A stretch of 64,000 bases of DNA from Phaeosaccion multiseriatum (taxonomy: Eukaryota; Protista; Ochrophyta, other classes). The position numbers and the translations under genes are program-made. A model generated the notes under the pieces. That model searched no databases. It was not told where the DNA came from and saw only the letters and a list, made by a program, of their open reading frames with translations. Each line of letters starts with the position of its first letter. Position 1 is the first letter of the stretch. This document shows, piece by piece, positions 61,018-64,000 of the stretch. Location of the stretch: contig OZ218950.1 of assembly GCA_965112735.1 (NCBI GenBank), positions 62,001 through 126,000 on the forward strand, in the 5' to 3' direction.

Positions 61018-61416
61018 ATGGAGGAGTCTTACCGGATGACTCCGCCCCGGCCGACGCAACCGCACGGCCCGTCCTCTTCCTTTCCGCACTCACTCACAAC
61101 AGGTAATAGGTCGGCCCGGGCCTTGATGTAGCTCAGCTTGTTGCTTGCCTGCTTGGAGGAGGTATTTTTTGTATTGCACTGTACGTCCTGCATTTGTTCT
61201 TCCCAAAGGATTAACCTGCAACTCTGCCCCTCCTGTTGTTTGCTACTGCTGCTATTGTATCACCAACTGCTGCTCCAGCGGGCGGACAGTCGCCTGGCGG
61301 TGGCGGCAAGGGCACTGTCACTCCGTCCCGCCGCACAGCGCCTTCCACGTGCACGCCCCCGCAGAATCTGGGTATGCGGCGCCTCGCAGCCAGCAACAGC
61401 GGCGGCTCTGCCTCAT

Positions 61417-61461
<45 letters not shown>

Positions 61462-63461
61462 CAACAACAGCAACAACAGAGGCAGCAGGGCCGGTGGGAG
61501 CCACAGATGGCGGCGACAGCAGCAGCGAAGTAGGGCATCTTGTAGCCCCAGGAAGCGGGCGCATCGGTAGCGGCAGCGTGAGCGGCAGCATCTCCATCCT
61601 CCGCCTCAGCAACAGCGCCCCTCCCCCCATCGATGTCAGCACTGAAAGCGCCCCTGCCAATGGCGGTGTGAGTGCCAGTGACCTCGACAGCCCCCCTCCC
61701 CGCAACTACCCGGCGTGGCAGAACCAGACGCCCACCACGTCGACGCCCTCGTCTCCGTTTCCCAACATGGACGGCCTCGCGCAGTGTGCACAGAGTCCTT
61801 CTCCGCTCACTCCCAACGACGTGCACGACTGGATCATGGGCCCCGCAGGTGAGGAGTGAAAGTGTGCTGACGAGTGAGGAAGGGAGGAAGGGAGGGAGGA
61901 AGGACTCACGCACGCACGCACGCACGCACGGTGAAAGGGAAGGGCAGTTTTTAAAGTGGGTGTGAGGCGAAGACAGAGCGGCGGTGCGAGTTTTTTTTTT
62001 GTGAACATATATATTGGCATTTTTTTTACTGAGCCTTACCCTTAATTGCGGCTGAGCGGGTTGGAAGGTTGGAGTCATTAAATTGGAAGGGCGGCACGGT
62101 GGGAGGGGGAATGAGCGGCCGAAGATCAAAAATAGAGAGGAGGGGCCCTTTTTGTCTGTGTGTGCTGTGCATTTTTCTTTTGAGTCGTTATCCGTTTTAG
62201 TCACCCCCTCACCCCCGTCATTTCTCACGCCAATATTTTTTGTGTGCGCCTGCCCATACTTGTACCTGCTGCTGCTGCCTGCCTACCTGCCCACCCATAC
62301 TACAGCAGGAACGCCAAAGAACGGGAGCAGGAGCGGCGGAGGCGTCATGACCTCATTCCATAAGGACGTCTTCTCTCCCTTCGGCACACCGTCCAACAGC
62401 GTCTTCTCACCCTCTCCCTCTCCATTCGGCACGCCCTCCAAGTACATCAACACTCTGGGAGGAGGGGGCGACAACAGCAACGACTCCATGGGCTGTTACC
62501 CCATGGGCTTCAATCTCTCCTCCTCACTGACCGCCGTGAGTCACAGCACACCGCACAGCTCGCCCATCAAAGGTGACAAGACGCGAGAGGGAGAGCATGA
62601 AGCCGGCAAGGGCGCCGGAGCAGAGGGAGGGAAGGGCATCTTCAAGTCCAAACACCTCGAGAATCTCGAGCAGGTCCGGCCTTCGCAGGTGCCTGCCTCC
62701 GCCGAGCAGTCTCCGTGTCCTGGCACCACCGCCGGCCTGGAGCTGTCAAAGAACCGCGACGGGGAGCGCCGCCACTGGGGAGATCAGCTCAAGAGGGGAC
62801 GTGAGGCAGGCTTTGATGATGATGATGGCAAGCCGGCAGGATCGGCAGCGACCGCACTTGAAGCAGCAACAGTGTTGCGAAGGGCAGCAACGACGGGCAG
62901 TTTCACGCCATCGAAACAGGGGCAGAAGAGCGACGGCATTCTCCGCCGATCGTTCAGGAGCGGAGCGGCGTTCGGCTCTCCTCGCAGCGTGACTCTCTCG
63001 CCTCGCAGACCGATGCGCAAGGGCGGCGAGACCATCAAGCTGGAGGAGGGAGTGGAGAAGAGGGCACCACGCAAGACTGGGCATGGGCATGGGCATGCTC
63101 ATCTCAGTAACTGTGTTCACGAGAGCTTCGGCTCCCCATTCGCCTCCCCCCCGCGCTTACGCGACAAGAGAGAGAGCTTGGCTGGTAGCGGTAGCAGCGG
63201 CTGCAGCAGCAGCGACGACGCCGCCTCTGCCCTCGTTTCGCTCGCGACACCTGTCTCCACCCCGCCGCCGACGCCGCCCACGAGTAGCAACGCTGGTCGC
63301 ACTGGGGCAGTGAAGAGAGGCACAGAAGCAGGGCCCTCACCTCTGGGGCTGGACGTGGATGGAGCTTTCCTCATGGGCAGCTTGGGCGGTGGGGGAGGAG
63401 GGGAGTCGACGCCTGGCCGATCCAGCAGCGAGTCGTCCGCCTTCACTTCCTTCTTCAGCTC

Positions 63462-63492
<31 letters not shown>

Positions 63493-64000
63493 GGTTCACC
63501 GGGCATGAAGCACGTGCTGCCCGCCGGGCAGATGGAGCCGTCCTCCCTGCCCAGCCACGCACACCACCAGTTGCAGCAGCAGCAGCAACAGTTGCTGGCA
63601 CAGCAGCAGCAGCAGCAGCTGCAGCAGCTCCAGCAGCAGGGCGGCTGCCAGACACCCAAGGGCTGCCAGACGCCCAAGGGGGGCTGCCAGACGCCGGCCA
63701 TGGCCCTGACGCCATTCAAGCAGGATTACAACGCCTTCCACGATTGCGTCAAGAACGCCGACGTGGGTGGTGCGGGCACGGGCAGCAACTGCAGTGCTGG
63801 AGAGGCGCTCGTTGCCGCAGCAGCCGCGCTGGGGAGGGAGGGCGGCGACAGGAACGACAGGAACGACAGGAACGGTAACCACGTGGACGATCATGACGTC
63901 GTTCCCGTGACGCCGGGGAGGGGCGGGGGGAGGCAGGCATGCTCTGCAGTGTCCGCCGACTCGTCACCCTATCCCTTCCGTATGGGCCTCATGGGCTCTA
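61018..64000 (+). CDS. Partial multi-exon low-complexity protein rich in SP/TP sites and polyQ; runs off the right edge
   Basis: In-frame exons ~61018-61102, ~61279-61848 and 62309-64000; the last is open for ~560 codons without a stop. No folded domain visible in the window. Confidence 0.6.

Overview
Eukaryotic genomic DNA, GC-rich, with microsatellite-filled spliceosomal introns. It is probably from a flagellated stramenopile/ochrophyte alga; this is an inference from POC1 and the WRKY19-like C3H zinc-finger repeat family. Recognisable multi-exon genes are POC1, an ECH1-like dienoyl-CoA isomerase, NAA50, BRCC36/BRCC3, a DUS1-like tRNA dihydrouridine synthase and a large IQ-WW-LRR-TPR protein, alongside several long low-complexity hypothetical genes. 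The accessory core (about 21.2-36.9 kb) is a three-copy head-to-tail array of a ~3.4-3.6 kb unit. Each unit encodes a CX4CX9CX2H zinc-finger repeat protein, with 10, 6 and 5 fingers respectively. Copy 1 is frameshifted and copy 3 is intact. Copy 2 is interrupted by an apparently full-length 5.6 kb CRE-like non-LTR retrotransposon (RT + restriction-like endonuclease). That element carries two RING-type domains and is flanked by a 10-bp target-site duplication matching the most conserved codons (E-G-C) of the zinc-finger repeat. Two short motifs, GATGGCAGTGGA and GTATCACCAACTG, are strongly over-represented across the whole window on both strands. Coordinates were counted by eye and exon boundaries are approximate.
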